Assembly (NCBI RefSeq): GCF_009914755.1
Contig: NC_060938.1
Length of the DNA stretch: 64,000 nucleotides
Source of the DNA: the human T2T-CHM13v2.0 reference genome, Homo sapiens
Direction: 5' to 3' (one strand)
Position numbers and translations under genes: made by a program. Under the pieces are notes generated by a model. That model did no database searches and was not told where the DNA came from. It saw only the letters and a list, made by a program, of their open reading frames with translations. Shown here one piece after another: positions 27,373 through 41,110 of the stretch (the first letter of the stretch is position 1; each line of letters opens with the position of its first letter).

Positions 27373-27724
27373 TGATATAGTTTGGCTGTGTCCTCACCCA
27401 AATCTCATCTTGAACTCCCACGTGTTGTGGGAGGGACATGGTGGGAGGTAATTGAATTGTGGGGGCAAGTCTTTCCTGTGCTCTTGCTAGTGAATAAGTC
27501 TCATGAGATCTGTTGGTTTTAAAAAGAGGAGTTCCCCTTCACAAGCTCTCTCTCTTTGCCTGCTGCCATCCATGTAAGACGTGACTTGCTCTTCCTTGCA
27601 TTCTGCCATGATTGTGAGGTTTCCCCAGCCACGTGGAACTGTAAGTCCAAGTAAACATTTGTCTTTTGTAAACTGCCCAGTCTCAGGTATGTCTTTATCA
27701 GCAGCGCAAAAATGGACTAATACA
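27373..27724 (+). mobile_element. THE1A solo LTR (MaLR)
   Basis: tgatatagtttggctgtgtc...ggactaataca, 352 bp, with a 5-bp TSD taagg. Confidence 0.9.
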
Positions 27725-28104
27725 TAAGGCATTAAGAATCAAGCTAAAAATGTGCCTGAAAAACAATTCTATCTTCCTGTAAGCACTAGACTTAATGTTT
27801 ATGTGCCAGATAAATTCACTACAAGGTTACACTTCTAAAGCATTTCTGAACTTTTAGTTGTAATTGGCAGTCTGCATTTTACCTATACAACTGGAGTTGC
27901 TGAGTCATATTTTGATTCCTTTTAGTCTAGCCATCATTTTCTGGAGTAGATTCAAATATTGAGCAAGAGGAAACCCATTTGAATCTGTTCCAGCTGGAAG
28001 CTTGTTGTCATCTATATCAACAAAATAGATGTTGCTGGAAACATAATTTTGGTGGCTGAAACTGCTGCACTTTTCTATATCATCATGGTTAATATGAATG
28101 TGTC

Positions 28105-28272
28105 TTTTATCCTTTGAGCGCAGGGTATACTGCTCGAGTGATGGGTGCACCATAATCTCACAAATCACTGCTAAAGTGCTTACATAATCAAATACCACCT
28201 GTTCCCCAACAACCTATGGAAATAAAAAAATAAAAAATAAAATAAAATAAAAACAAAAGTTAATAAAGAAAA
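28105..28272 (+). mobile_element. Short L1PB1-like 3' end with A-rich tail
   Basis: tgctcgagtgatgggtgcacc...accacctgttcccc...ggaaataaaaaa; gaatgtgtc is repeated at 28096 and 28273. Confidence 0.8.
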
Positions 28273-28890
28273 GAATGTGTCCTGCAAATTTATGAGTCAA
28301 ACTAGAATACCTTTACTAGGAAATGAAATCACTTATCTTTTTCATAAGAGGAAAAGAAACAAAACAAAACTTGTTCCATCTAATATTGAGTAACATATTT
28401 TTCTGCACTTACATTTTTATGAAAAAAATTGTATAAACAAATGGCATAATAAAGACACAGCTTGTAACAAGTTGATGTTAAGAATTTAGTGTGGAGGATG
28501 GGGAAGTAGCAATATTTAGAATGTAGCTCTTGGCCAGAGATTTAACTGTCAAGCAATGGAGATGACAATGGACAAAAAGGAGAAGTTTGAGGCCAGTTCT
28601 GCCATTGGCTGTTACATATGACAATAACAAGTCACTTTCTTCCCTCATAAGAAAAGGAAACTAAAATTTCAAGGAGGCGAAACAGAATTTCAGAGAGATC
28701 AAATAGAAAGCGATGATCCAGAGTTTGAACCTAGGTCTCACTTACTCCAAAACTCAAGCCATCCAATCTTATTTATATCTCTCAACATCAAGTATACTAA
28801 CACTGATTCTTCTTCCATCTTACCACACAGCATCTCTAAGGAAGAAAAAGAAAAGAATCAGCTTTTCCTGCCAACAAATTATGTTCTAGA

Positions 28891-29079
28891 CCAGAGATCA
28901 GCAAACTCTTTCTGTCAAGGGCCAAACAGTAAACATTTTTCAGCTTTGTTGGCCATATGGTCTCAATAGCACCTACTCAACTCTACCCTTGTAGCACAAA
29001 ATAAGCCAAAGAAAATATGTGAGAAAATGAATATGGCTTCATTCTGATAAAATTTTATTTTAAAAAAACAGGTGGTGGC
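28891..29079 (+). mobile_element. MER58A DNA transposon, interrupted by L1MB; 3' remnant at ~30830-30850
   Basis: cagagatcagcaaactctttctgtcaagggcca...caactctacccttgtagc; terminal atagtttgctgactcctg follows the L1. Confidence 0.75.
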
Positions 29080-30815
29080 ATGACAGCATCAAAAATAATA
29101 AAATAATCAGGAATAAATTTATTTTAAAAGTGCAAGACTTGTACAATGACAACTACAACATGTTGTTGAAATAAATTAAATAGGGCCTAAATAAATGAAA
29201 AGATTTCTTATGTTCATGAATTGGAAGGCAATATTGTTAAGATGGCAGTACTCCTCAAACTACAGATTCAATGCAGTTCCTATCAAGGTACAAGCTAAGT
29301 GTCTTTCAGAAACTGACAAGCTATTTCTAAAATTCATATGGAAATAAAAGTGACCCAGAATAGTCAAAACAATATTGAGAAAGAAGAACAAAATTGGAGG
29401 ACTTGCACTTCCAGATTTCACTTACTACAAAGCTACAATAGTCAAGATAATATGATACTAGCATAAGTCTAGACAATAAATCAATACAACAAAATTAATT
29501 GTCTAGAAACAGACACTTACATTTACGGTCAATTTATTTTTGGCCAGGGTGACAAGACAATATATTGGGAAAAGAACAGCCTTTTTAACAAACAGTACTG
29601 AGACAACTGGATATCTATATGCAAAAGTTGAGCTTCTATCTCATACCACATACAAAAATTAACTCAAAATGAATCAAAGACCTAAATGAAAGAACTAAAA
29701 CTTTAAAACTCTTAGATGAAAACAAACAAATGAATCTTGGTTAACTTGTATTAGGTGGTACTGGTTTCTTTGATGTGACACCAAAAGAGAAGCAGCAAAA
29801 TAAAAATAGATAAATGTAACTTCATAAAAATTAAAAACTTTTATTTATCAAAGGACACCATCAAGAAAGTGAAAACACAATCCACAGAACAAGATAAAAT
29901 ATTTGCAAATCATGTATCTGATAAGGAGAATGTACCTAGAACATACAAATAACTCTTTAGTTCAACAGTAAAAAGAAAATCCGCCTAATGTAAAAATGGA
30001 CAAATCATTTGAATAAACATTTCTGCAAAGAAGACCAATGGCTGATAAGCACATAAAAAGATGCTCAACACTATTAGTCATCATTAAAATGCAAATCAAA
30101 ACCACCAGAATGGCTAAAATTAAAAAGTGTGAGGATGTGGAGAAATTGGAATTCTCACACATTGCTACTGAGATTGTAAAATGGTGCAGCCACCTTGGAA
30201 AACAATTTGGTAGCTTCTCAAAATGTTAAACATAGAGTTATCTTATTATCCAGCAAGTTCACTCTTAGCTATATACCCAAGATAACTGAGAGCATGTGTC
30301 CTCACAAAAACCTGTACATGAATGGTCATAGCAGCATTATTCCTAATAGCTGGCAACGGAAACAACTCAAATGTCCACCAAATGATGAGTGGATAAATCA
30401 AATGTGGTATATCCATACAATGGAATACTATTTTGCCATAAAAAGGAAGGAAGTACTGATACATGCTATAACATGGATGAACCCTGAAAATATTATATTA
30501 TGCTAAGTGAAAGAAGCCAAACACAAAAGGCCACACATCATATAATTCCATTAACAGGAAATTTAAACTGTGTCTATAATAGGCAAATCTATAGAAATAG
30601 AAAATAGATTCGTGGTTGCCAGGGACTGTGGGAAAGAGGGAAGGGGGAATGAACATTGAGGGGCATGGGGTTTCTTTTTGGGGTGATGAAATTTTTTGAA
30701 GCTAGATAGTAGTGATGGTTGCACAACTCTGTGAAGGTACTGAATTGTACACTTTAAAAGGGTGAATTTTATGGTATGTGACTATATCTCAATAAAGCTG
30801 TATAAAAACAAATGA
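29080..30815 (+). mobile_element. L1MB (L1MB7/8-like) 3' part
   Basis: ORF2 C-terminal remnants (QMWYIHTMEYYFAIKRKE) and a 3' UTR ending tatatctcaataaagctgt. Confidence 0.85.
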
Positions 30816-31379
30816 ACGAACACAAATTGGATATAGTTTGCTGACTCCTGTTTCAGATTCTTACGTAGTTATCTGTGCCTCACTTACCCTAACTGTAAAA
30901 TTACTGAATTGGAGTAAATGTTCTCTAAGACTGCTTTCAGGTAAAACAAAATTCGCCTTTTACAAAAAAAATTATATCCAGAATTGAGATCCTGAGGCTC
31001 CTGTAAATCTTGTCACCAACAACACAATTTTTTAAGTTTTGCTTAGATAAGAATATTAACATATTTTAGAAAATAATTAACAATGGAGTTTATATTAATA
31101 AAAATGCTTTTAGATGAAGCATTGATTAATCAATAATTAAATAAGGGCCTTTAATTGCCTTCCCAGAGTGCTGCCGTGCACTGGAAAGTCTGTGCAAGCA
31201 GGACTCCCTGTGAATACACTGTACAATATGTCAAGGTTGCTTCCTCTTCAAAACTTACTTATGATCTACATCTGTTCTAAATAACTGAAGATAAATGTTT
31301 TCATAAGCTACTCATCTTATGATTGCTTATTTGGCTACAACTTTTAAAGTCCATTTTAATACATTTTGATATATAAAGT

Positions 31380-32740
31380 TTAATTGCCAGCCCTTGGTTG
31401 TCTTTACTACTGCACCCATTCCCTTGTGATTTCATTCAGTTGCAAGGCTTTTACCCATCCATTCTCTAGGGCTGCTGAAACCCAAAACTGTGGAGTCATC
31501 GCTGTTTCTTCTCCTGCCCCACAGCCAGTTGATCAGGAAATCTTGTGAGTTCTACCTTCCAAATATTTCCAAAACCTGATCATTTTTTCACTACTGCCAC
31601 TACTACAACCCTGTTCCACCACCATCTCCCACTCGGGTTCCTGAAGAGCCTCTGATGGGTCTTCTTACTTCTGCCCTGGTCTCTCCTGTCTACTCACTAT
31701 ATGGCAAGCAGAGTGAGTGCTCACATCAGAGCAGCTCACTCCTCTGCTTTCACCCCATGGGGGTCCCATTGCACTCCAGTGAGAGTCATGAGGCCTGTGG
31801 TCTGCCTCCCCTTGCTTTGCTGACCTCCTTTCCAATGACTCTCCCTTCCAGCCACCCTGGCTTCCTTGCGGTTCTGTGAACACATCAGACAACTCCTGCT
31901 TTAGGGCCTTTACTGCAGTTGTTTCTTCCTCCTAGGCTGCTCTTCCACCCCATAGCTGCTTACCTAAGTTCTTTGCCTTCCTTAAATCTTTGCTCCACTC
32001 TCACCTTCTTCAATGAGTTCTCTCTCCCTTGACCACCTGATATAGTATAGTGACCTGCCCCTCCCTCCATCACATTCTCAATCCCTCTAACTCTTTCTAC
32101 TTTTTCTTTTCCTCCCCAGAGTCTTATCACTTTCTAGCATACTATATAATTTGCATATATATTATATGATATCGTTTGGGTATTTGTCACCTCCAAATCT
32201 CATGTTGAAATGTGATTCCCAATGTTGGAGGTGGAGCCCAGGGTGGGAGGTGATTGGATCATGGGGACAACCTTCATGAATGGTTTAGCACTATCCCCTT
32301 AGTGATCAATGAGTTCTCACTCTGAGTTCACATGAGATCTGATTGTTTAAAAGAGTGTGGCACCTCCCATCTCACTCTCTTGCTCTCACTCTTGCCATTT
32401 GACATGGCTGCCGTCCTTCATCTTCTGATTGGAAGCTTCCTGAGGCCTCACCAGAATGACATGCCAGCACTATGCTTCCTGCAAAGCCTGCAGAACCATG
32501 AGTCAATAAAACCTCTTTTCTTTATAAATTACCCAGCTTCAGGTATTTCTTTGTAGCAATGCAAAAACGGACTAACACATTATGTTTATTGTTCTTGTCT
32601 TTCTCCCCCTACAAAAACGTAAGTTCCGTGAGAGCACAAATCTTCATTTTGTTCACTGAAGTATCTCAAGTGCCTCAAACAGTGCCTGATGTATAAGATG
32701 TAACAACAAATATTTGTTATATAAGTAAACCAGCTATCTA
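31380..32740 (+). mobile_element. L2 interrupted by an MST LTR
   Basis: L2 motifs on both sides (ctgctttagggccttt..., gttcactg...cagtgcctga...aaatatttgtt). Confidence 0.65.
32167..32579 (+). mobile_element. MSTA/MSTB solo LTR (MaLR)
   Basis: tgatatcgtttgg...aaatctcatgttgaaa...ggactaacaca; TSD ttata/ttatg. Confidence 0.85.
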
Positions 32741-33039
32741 TCTATCTATATGGAATGATGTAACTGAAATTTTGGTTGTTAGCCAACACTCATATGACCA
32801 TTATTTAAAATGGCACACTGCTCAGTCAGATATTATACAGTGAACAGGAGTGTTCCAGGCTGAGGCCTACTCATCAGCAATGTGATTCCACAGTTTGAAG
32901 CTCCTGGAAAAACAAAGGTGATTATATTGTATTTTTCTTCCTTCTGAGGGGAAGGATGATAATATTGCAGGAAATCACAGATTCAGGTTTTTCAGCAGCA
33001 TGGAGCTCTTGAAATTATCAAGTTGAGTGTTTTCTCTTC

Positions 33040-33190
33040 CCCTTTTAAACTTAAACCTATTTTTAGAGTCACAGATCCCACTGAGAGTCTGATGAAAGTT
33101 ACGATCTTGGTCTAGCAAAATGCTCCTGCAAATATTTGCACAATTTCAGGCCCTCCAGGGACTCGCAGTCCCAGCATAAGAATTTTAATT
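33040..33190. mobile_element. MER103-like hAT relic
   Basis: gtcacagatcccactgagagtctgatgaaagtta...aaatatttgcacaatttcagg. Confidence 0.55.
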
Positions 33191-34767
33191 CTAGTCCCTT
33201 CAAGAACAACCCCGCCCCCTCACCGCCACGAATAGTCAAATCTCTGCTAGGTTCAAAAATTGACTAAGAAGATTATGCGACATTGCTCAGAAATCCCATT
33301 CAATATTGAACGATGTTCCCCCTTGGCAAACTTCTCCTTATGTCTTTGTGAGGATGGAGTGAAAGAGCAGTAGATGCAATATGGTCTGCCATCAGGGGAA
33401 GGGGAAACAGAAATTCTCAGAGCTCTGAAAACCTGCTGGCACCAAAAATAGCAAGCTTTTGGAGCTTCAAAGGCCCAGAGTCACTAGAACCTACACACTA
33501 GTCCACATTTCCATTGACAGGGTGTCCCTACATCAGAATAAAGTGATGGCTGAGTTCTCATTTTCTGAATTCAGCATTGTGCTGTGCAGACAGAAGTAAA
33601 AGGAAATTGGAGAAACAATCAAATTGCCAGTCACTGAGAGAGCAGAGAGGAGAGAAGGGTACGAAAATGGCAGTGAAAGCATCTTGGGGGAGCCAGTGCT
33701 GGTACTGGAATTGGACTTGTGCTGCAGCTGATTCCCGGACACTGTGATCAGGAAGAAAACCCACCTCTCCCAAAGGTGGTGCCACAGACCATAGACGTAT
33801 CATTTTGATGCCAACTGAACATACTGGGTTGGGGGAAGGGAGAAATGGGTAATCAGAGAGCTGGATCATCATTATAAACACTAAGCAAAAAGCAGCTTTT
33901 ACAGCTTTTAGTTAGCCCAAAAATATTTTCCTAGCTCTGAAAAGTGGTGCTCAACTGGATAAAAAGTTTATATATAATAAGGGAAATATGGCGGATTTAA
34001 ATCTTTCCTTTGTGCCTAGAAGCACCTTATCGAAAGCACTTTTGAGGGTAGAGGTGAAATAAGACATTCAACAACCTCCCCCTATTCCCAAACTCAATTT
34101 TACTTTTGCTTCCATGCAGGCTGCCACAGGCTCCCAGGAACAAGCACACGGAAGTCTATGCGTACTTAGGAGTTCATATAGTTATCTGTCCCTCTACCCC
34201 CTACCCCAACTTTGCAGCTACATTATGATCAGCCTCTACTAAGATGGGCATTTACGTTTAATTGTACAGAGGGCTAATGAGTCTCTAAAGTTATCCAGTA
34301 ACTCCAAGTACACTGTGTAAACAGGAAAACAAGGAGGAAATGCACTTACTACTTGCTTCTCTCCCACTGGTGTACTAGCTATCACTACAGCATCTGATAA
34401 TGATACTCAAGCTATTAAAGCAATGATTCTTTTTATGTGCCTCACGTCCCAGTAAGCCAAAACAAATACTGTGATTACTTTAGGACAACTCAACCTTTCT
34501 CCCTAAAGTAAGAAGGCTAAGAGTCATTATTTTGCTAATGTTTCTCCCTGTCCCAGATTTTTTGAAGATATGAGAAAACAGGCATAGAAAAATTAGAAGA
34601 GTCATACATCTCAAACATCTCAACATCAATCATTAACACAGACAAGGCTGGGTTAAGCATTGCTTGCTTTCATTGCCCTTATAACACTTTATTACACCTA
34701 TTTGTTTGTATATATGTCCCTACAAATACCTTGCAGGCAAGCACTGTGTCTTACTCATATTAGCTTC

Positions 34768-35473
34768 TGTTGGGGCTCAGAAAATGATACCCCAAAATAT
34801 GGCCGTTTGGCATGCTGAGTGCTTTGAACAAAGGAGGCTGAAAGGCCTCAGAGCCAAAGTCTCTCTCTGACCTTCTCCTGCCTCCCCGTTCACCCCCAGC
34901 TTTTCCTTCCAAGGCACAGAAAGCGGCTCTCTCTGAAATTCTCTTACCTGACTAAGGGAAGTTCATCCAGAAGGAATGCAATTGTTGTGGACTTCCTCCA
35001 TTGAATCTACACTGGGCAGAGAAGATTAACTCATAAAGCAGGAGAGGAAGTCTCCATGCTCATGACACCACACCCGACAGACATTTCACCTATTCTCTCA
35101 ACTATTCTTCTTTACCTGCATAAGACAAACTTTGTTTGCAGTATCATTCTGCCCCTCACATTCCCATAACTTGTCATCACCTCTCCCAGAGGCCAGAAGA
35201 ACCGTGTCCCAGGCTATTGTCTCTTCTCTGGGGCCACTAAAATCCCCTAAAAACCATTTAGTCTTCCTCTGAAATTGCCTACATCCCTCACTTTACATCT
35301 CCCCTAGGAAAAGAATATTTAAGCATCAGCCATCTGACCCTTTTTTGAGTTTCATATTTTGTGTGGCTCCCATGAACACCTGTAATGCCTTTTCTCCTGT
35401 TAATCTGTCTGTTGTCAGTTTATTTCAACAGACTTAATGACTTGAACCTTCAGAGGGGAAAGTTCTCCCTACA
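34768..35473 (+). mobile_element. ERV1 solo LTR (MER39/MER34 family)
   Basis: tgttggggctcagaaaatgataccccaaaatatgg...ctccctaca, 706 bp, with a 4-bp TSD cttc. Sits inside an L2 fragment. Confidence 0.85.
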
Positions 35474-36620
35474 CTTCTCCAGTCACAGACCAGTAACTCA
35501 CATGCAGTAGTTGCCTAATATTTGATTCCTGAATGAATGTATGGAACATGTGCACATGTGAGTGTGTGCACACGTGTGAGCAAACACAGACACATAAACA
35601 CAGAAGAATTCACATGGGTTGTTCATGATTCTAATTACCTGACCTCAGAATCTCTTTGTTTCTAATGAAAGGAATATTAGTAATCTCCGTGATGCTCAAT
35701 GTTCTGCTCAAACTGACCTTTAAAGAGCTTAGGTAAAGAGAAGGGCGCTGGACATCTTAACACTTCTCCCTCCTCTGAAATCCAATAGCACTTAGGATTG
35801 ACAGGATTTGTAGCTGAAGTCAAACATAATAGTATCTGGTGTTATTCTTTAAATATTCTATATGTATTATTCAATCCCCTTGATGGGTTGAGGGTTGGTA
35901 AAGCATACAGTTAAAAGCAACTCCTGGAGAAAAGTTTCTTTGTTACTCTCCAAGGAACTTAACTAAGAATCAGACACATACAGGTGTTCTAACCATGTGC
36001 TGAACTGAAGAACTGCTGAATTCTGAAGAACTGAGAACTGAAGAACAAGCTGACTTAAGCCCAAGGTCCATCTAGCTCCAAAGCAACAACAAAAACTCTG
36101 ATGGCTTTTAAAGAGCAGATTTGTTTTTCATCCATATAATGTTCATGGTTAATGTTGAAACATAATTAATTAGCTAATGACAAGGGTCTATCTTTAACAA
36201 GAGCCTCAAGGCACAGGGTTAGAGGGCACATTTGTTGCCCTTGTAGCAACCTTAACATGTCCATTCCAATATTCTAATTCTATCATCTATCAGGCCTTCT
36301 TTGACCATCGTATTTAAAATAGCTTTCTTTAGCCTGCTTTATTTTTGAATTCACAGCACTTGCCAATGCCTGATACTATATGATGTGTGTTTATTTGTAT
36401 ACTATTAGTCTCTTCCACTAATGAAACTCCATGAGAGCAGGAAGTCTGCTTTGTTCTCCACTCTCTCCCCTAGTGCCTAGAAAAGAGCCTGGCATGCAAT
36501 GGGTTCTCAATAGTTGTTGATATAGCAATGGTGCTGAATTTACAAATGTTCACTCACCAAGAGTCAGCATCATTTGAAATAAGGAAGAGAGGTCTAGGAA
36601 GGAGTTAACTGCTTGATAAT

Positions 36621-36654
36621 TCTCTCTCTCTCTCTCTTTCCCTCTGTCTCTCTC

Positions 36655-36693
<39 letters not shown>

Positions 36694-36720
36694 TACATAC
36701 ACACAAACACACACATGCAC
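36621..36720. repeat. Compound (TC)n-(CA)n microsatellite
   Basis: A tctctc run followed by about 16 perfect AC units and a degenerate continuation. Confidence 0.95.
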
Positions 36721-37969
36721 TGAAACAGAAGTCTTCAGGAAATGAACACCTACAATCAAGGAGACATTCTGACAACAGCCTCATCCAGTATTCAGTAGGA
36801 AGAAACAGGACCCAATCAGTATGAAAGATTTGAAAAGAGATTGCTGTGTTCTACTGAAACTAAAAAAAGATAGGGAATTGCTGCAAGTAAGCCAGATGGG
36901 GTAGAATGCCATGAAACTTACAGCAGATGGCACTAAAATATTAAACTAACATTTCCTTATGCTCCAAGCTGAGCTGTATGTTAACGCTGTTTATAGGAGC
37001 CAGTCTATTTAAAAACATACAGATGAAAAATGAATCCGGTATTGTTAAATCATTCGTTAAAAACAACTCCAAGCATTAGCACCTAATGTGCTTTCCCACA
37101 GGAATATGTTAATATTATTCAAGCAAGGTTATATCTAACAAAACCACTCAGAATAGGAGGTGGGGGGAAGCCCACAGTCTCAGGAATCTGTTCAAAAACA
37201 AGCTCGGTGTGGTAAAGCGTGAAAGTCTGCTTCTCTGATTTCCATAGCAACAGCAGCAACCCTCAGACAGACATTTTTAAAAACCAGATTTGTTTTTCTC
37301 CTTTCCAAATACCTTTGCATGATATTTTCAGATAATGTTGAAATACAGCTGACATTGCATAAGGTGTAAACACACAGCTTGTTCCAATTGCTTCAGTGTT
37401 AGACAGCGTGGCTCATCATTTTCTCTCTTAACTCACACGGTGATTCCACTGGCAACAGGTCAGCACCTGGCTCTCTGGGGATGCCCCAGTAAAGTATTGT
37501 CAACTGAAAGTCAGGCTCAATAATATTTATAGACTGGCATGAGCTACCCAGTTGAGAAGACACTCCCAAGGTTTGTAAGCCATGCAAAGAAATGACATCC
37601 ATCTGCTTTGCAAATATTATTTAAGGCTTCCCCCTAAAAAGGAGCCACGGAATGCTTATTTACTTTCTCACTGAATCTGAGGGGTAGAGACTATCAAGTC
37701 CCAGTTACTAAGAAGTCAGGAAGAGAATTAAAAATAGAACCATGGAAACAGGGATGCACTGAAGAATTCTATCAACTATTCTATATGTTTGAGGAATTTC
37801 ATAAGAAAATATTGGGAAAAAAGAAAATCCATCTGATCATCGCATACTATACAGACTGAGAGAACTTTCTACTGCTCCATATTCTTATTATAGTTAATGT
37901 AGTGGAAAATAGAAGTTGAGAGATTTTTGCTCATTGGCTAATTAAAACTAACCAACTGAAGGGGGAAAA

Positions 37970-38290
37970 ACATTTGGAGGATTCTTGGGAGAATCTGCAT
38001 ATGAACTAGGCATTAGATGATGTTAAGTATTTGTTTTGTTAGATGTAATAATGAGCCTAACTAGTTATATAAGAAAATGTCCTATTTTTAGAGATGTACA
38101 CTGAAGCTTGTAGGGGTGAAATGTCTTGGTGGCTGTGACTTAATTTTAAAATGCTTTTCCCAAAAGTAGACAAAACAAATATGACAAAATGATAATAATT
38201 GTTAAATTTTGTTTATCTATATATGAAAGTTCATAATACTATTTTGTTTGCTCAAGGTATGCATCTTTGCATAATAATCTATTTAAAATG
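37970..38290 (+). mobile_element. L1ME/MC 3' relic
   Basis: attagatgatgttaag...tttagagatgtacactgaag...caaatatgacaaaatg. Confidence 0.5.
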
Positions 38291-38899
38291 TCTCAAAAAA
38301 TGGAGCTATGAATACTCATTTCAAATCACAGATGAGAGTTAGGTATTTGAAGGGACAACCTTACCTTGTCTTCTTTAAAGGATAATTAAAATATATTCTA
38401 TTTTATGGATGACAGTTCTTAGTACTTGTGAAATACATTGTATGGATTTCTAGAGTGAGCGGATGCACAACTACTTTAGAAAGCACGTCAATGGTGGATA
38501 AAATAGATGAAGCACAATGCACCAAACAAACAAGTTGTTACAAGAAACCTCCTTATAAGGAGAATCTTGCCCCCTGCCTTGTGGTGCCAGTCCGCCTGCC
38601 TATGGGGGTCCAGGCAGACAAAAAATTGCCCTGAATTAGAAGTACACCAAAGCTTACTTCCCAGTTCAGATAATTGAAAGCATATAACAAAAATGGGAGA
38701 GCTTTTTAAGAGAAATGGCAGTCATCTGAAGCATTTTATGTAAGAGGGATTTGTCTATCTACTCTAAAGAGGCAATTCCATGTTTATCACGGGAAGAACA
38801 TAACTGAACCTCACCCCCAAATACTACTTCAAATATTCCTAAATTTTCTCATTGTTCAAAGTTAGCTTCCCATAAAAAATAACCATAGGGCTGAACACC

Positions 38900-39275
38900 T
38901 TCCTTTTTAATTTTATTTCCCTCCCTCCCTCCCTTCCTTCCTTCCTTCGTTCCTTTTTCTTTCCTCCTCTCCTCTCCTCTCCCTCTTTCTTTCTTTTTTT
39001 TTTTTTTTTTGACAGACTGTCACTCTGTTGCCCAGGCTGGAGTGCAGTGGCACGATCTCAGCTCACTGAAGCCTTACCCTCCCAGGCTCAAGTGATCCTC
39101 TCACCTTAGCCTTCTGAGAATTTGGGAGTACAGGCGTGCACCACCATACCTGGCCAATTTTTGTATCTTTTTTTTGTAAAGATGGGGTTTTGTCATGTTG
39201 CTAAGGCTGGTCTCAAACACCTGGCTGGGTCTCCCAAAGTGTTGGGATTACAGGCATGAGCCACTGTTCCCAGCC
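38900..39275 (-). mobile_element. AluJ with a CT-rich microsatellite tail
   Basis: AluJ-type body (ctcccaggctcaagtgatcctc). Approximate TSD agggctgaa at 38887 and 39276. Confidence 0.85.
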
Positions 39276-40749
39276 AGGGCTGAAACTTCTTTGCATGTAA
39301 AGTTTCACTTTAAAAAATAGAGGAGAGGAGTCTGCAGCATTCCAAGCTTGACATAAATTCAGTCCCTTTTAAAGAGAAGTTCCCCAAATGGTTCTTTCTG
39401 TGAATCGATCCTGCTAACCTGGCCACAGCTGAAAGGACCAGAATTGGAGGCTTGAGCTAAATGTTGAGCATGGGGGGAATAATGTCCTTGAGGTGGGCTG
39501 TGACAGGTGAGCTTCACACTGGATGGTGAAAAAGCAGCCCATGCTGGGGAACAAAGATGCTGAGTGCACCAAAGGAGGTGGGCTGCCAACTGAGCTCAGG
39601 GGCAAAGCAGGCCTGCCATGGCCATGCACTACAGGCCCACCAGAAAGGCAGCTTTGGAAGCCTCAGGTCGGGGGCTGATCCACAAAGGACAGCCCATCTG
39701 AGTGGCCTCACATTCTCTCATCTCCCTGAGTAAGCCCCACCACTGACTGTAACCTGGGTATACTGCCATATCTAGTACAGAAAAACAATCCAATTATAGA
39801 ATGTGATAATTGCTGTCATTTCCAAAGTGCCATTTCTTCTACCAACCTAACCACCTTAAAAGCATTATTCAATTTAAATTTCATTACAATTCTAGCAAGT
39901 AGGAAATATTCATTACATTTTATAGATGAGGCTTGGGAGGTTTCAGGGAGGTAAGTGTTGGACTCAGGTTCAAACCCAAATCTTTCTTATTCTAGAGTTC
40001 ATGCCTTAATCATAACATAATACTGCCTGTCTCTAGACCAGCCTTAATAACAAACCTTGTTTTTAATTGGGTTCTGCAGTATTCAAAATGAGAAGAAGCA
40101 TTCATTGCAGAAGGTTTTCCATTTTATGGGGGTTATAAAGTTTCAACAGACTGGTCTTGTGCAAATTCGATAGGCTCAGCTCAGCAAAGAAAAGGCTGAA
40201 CACAGGCCCACAGTGATATCACCTTCTGCTTTGCCAACTCAAGTCTTTTATTGCCTATGTCAGCTGAACCTCAGAAAGCATCCTTCTCTGCTGACTACAT
40301 TTGCCCTTTCCTGGGGTGATCACTCCAGGAATGAACAACTGAGAGATAAATGCTCTTCGTGAGTAATAGTAGGAGATCCACATATAATGTTCTCTTCTTA
40401 ATTAGCCTATTATTCTTTAACTTCTCTTTGGACTCAATAACATTTAAATGTGCTTTTGAAAAAGAACACAAGCTATAAAGCACATTGACATAAAATAAAA
40501 TCCCACAACAGATTTCAGTGGCTTCACCTTTGTGTATGGAGTTGCCATTCACTTATTTATTAAATGTTTATTAAGACCCCACTACTCACTAGGCATCACT
40601 GTAAGCACTAGAGATACAGCAGTGAACAAAAGCCTGTGATCTCAAAAAGCTTAACGTCTACTTGGGAGAGATAGGCAATAAACAAATAAAGGAAGGCATA
40701 CATCAAGTACTGGGTGATGATAAGTGCTTTGAAGATCTAAGACAAGAGA

Positions 40750-41110
40750 TCATTGTGAAACAGGTCCATGATAGGGACCTCATCAAATTTCCAGTGCGCT
40801 CCATGCATCAAGATGCATAGAGTCATGTGACAAATTCTGGCCTACGAGCCATAGGCAAAAGTGACATGTATCATTTCCAGGGGAGGCTTTTAAGAGCTGG
40901 TGTCAGCTCTTTCTTCCTCTGGCATGGCAACCTGAGAAGCCATATGTTGATATTCAACTGGCACAGAAGAAAGGGAGCTTGGATCCCTTTGTAGCTGAAT
41001 AAAGGAAAGCCTCCACCAAATAGCAATAGTTGAAAGCCAGAAATACATGTTTGTTGAGCTAAGCCATTGAAATTTTGAGGTTTGTTACTGTAGTATGGCC
41101 TAACAGAGTC
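40750..41110 (+). mobile_element. Old MLT1 LTR within an antisense L2 (40548-40750)
   Basis: gtcatgtgacaaattctggcc...tttaagagctggtgt...aagccattgaaattttgaggtttgttactgtagtatggcctaa. Confidence 0.6.

Noticed and set aside
35544-35578. Palindrome acatgtgcacatgt as a p53 element
   Set aside because: The CATG cores are 8 nt apart instead of 10; it is better explained as a degenerate (CA/TG)n tract.
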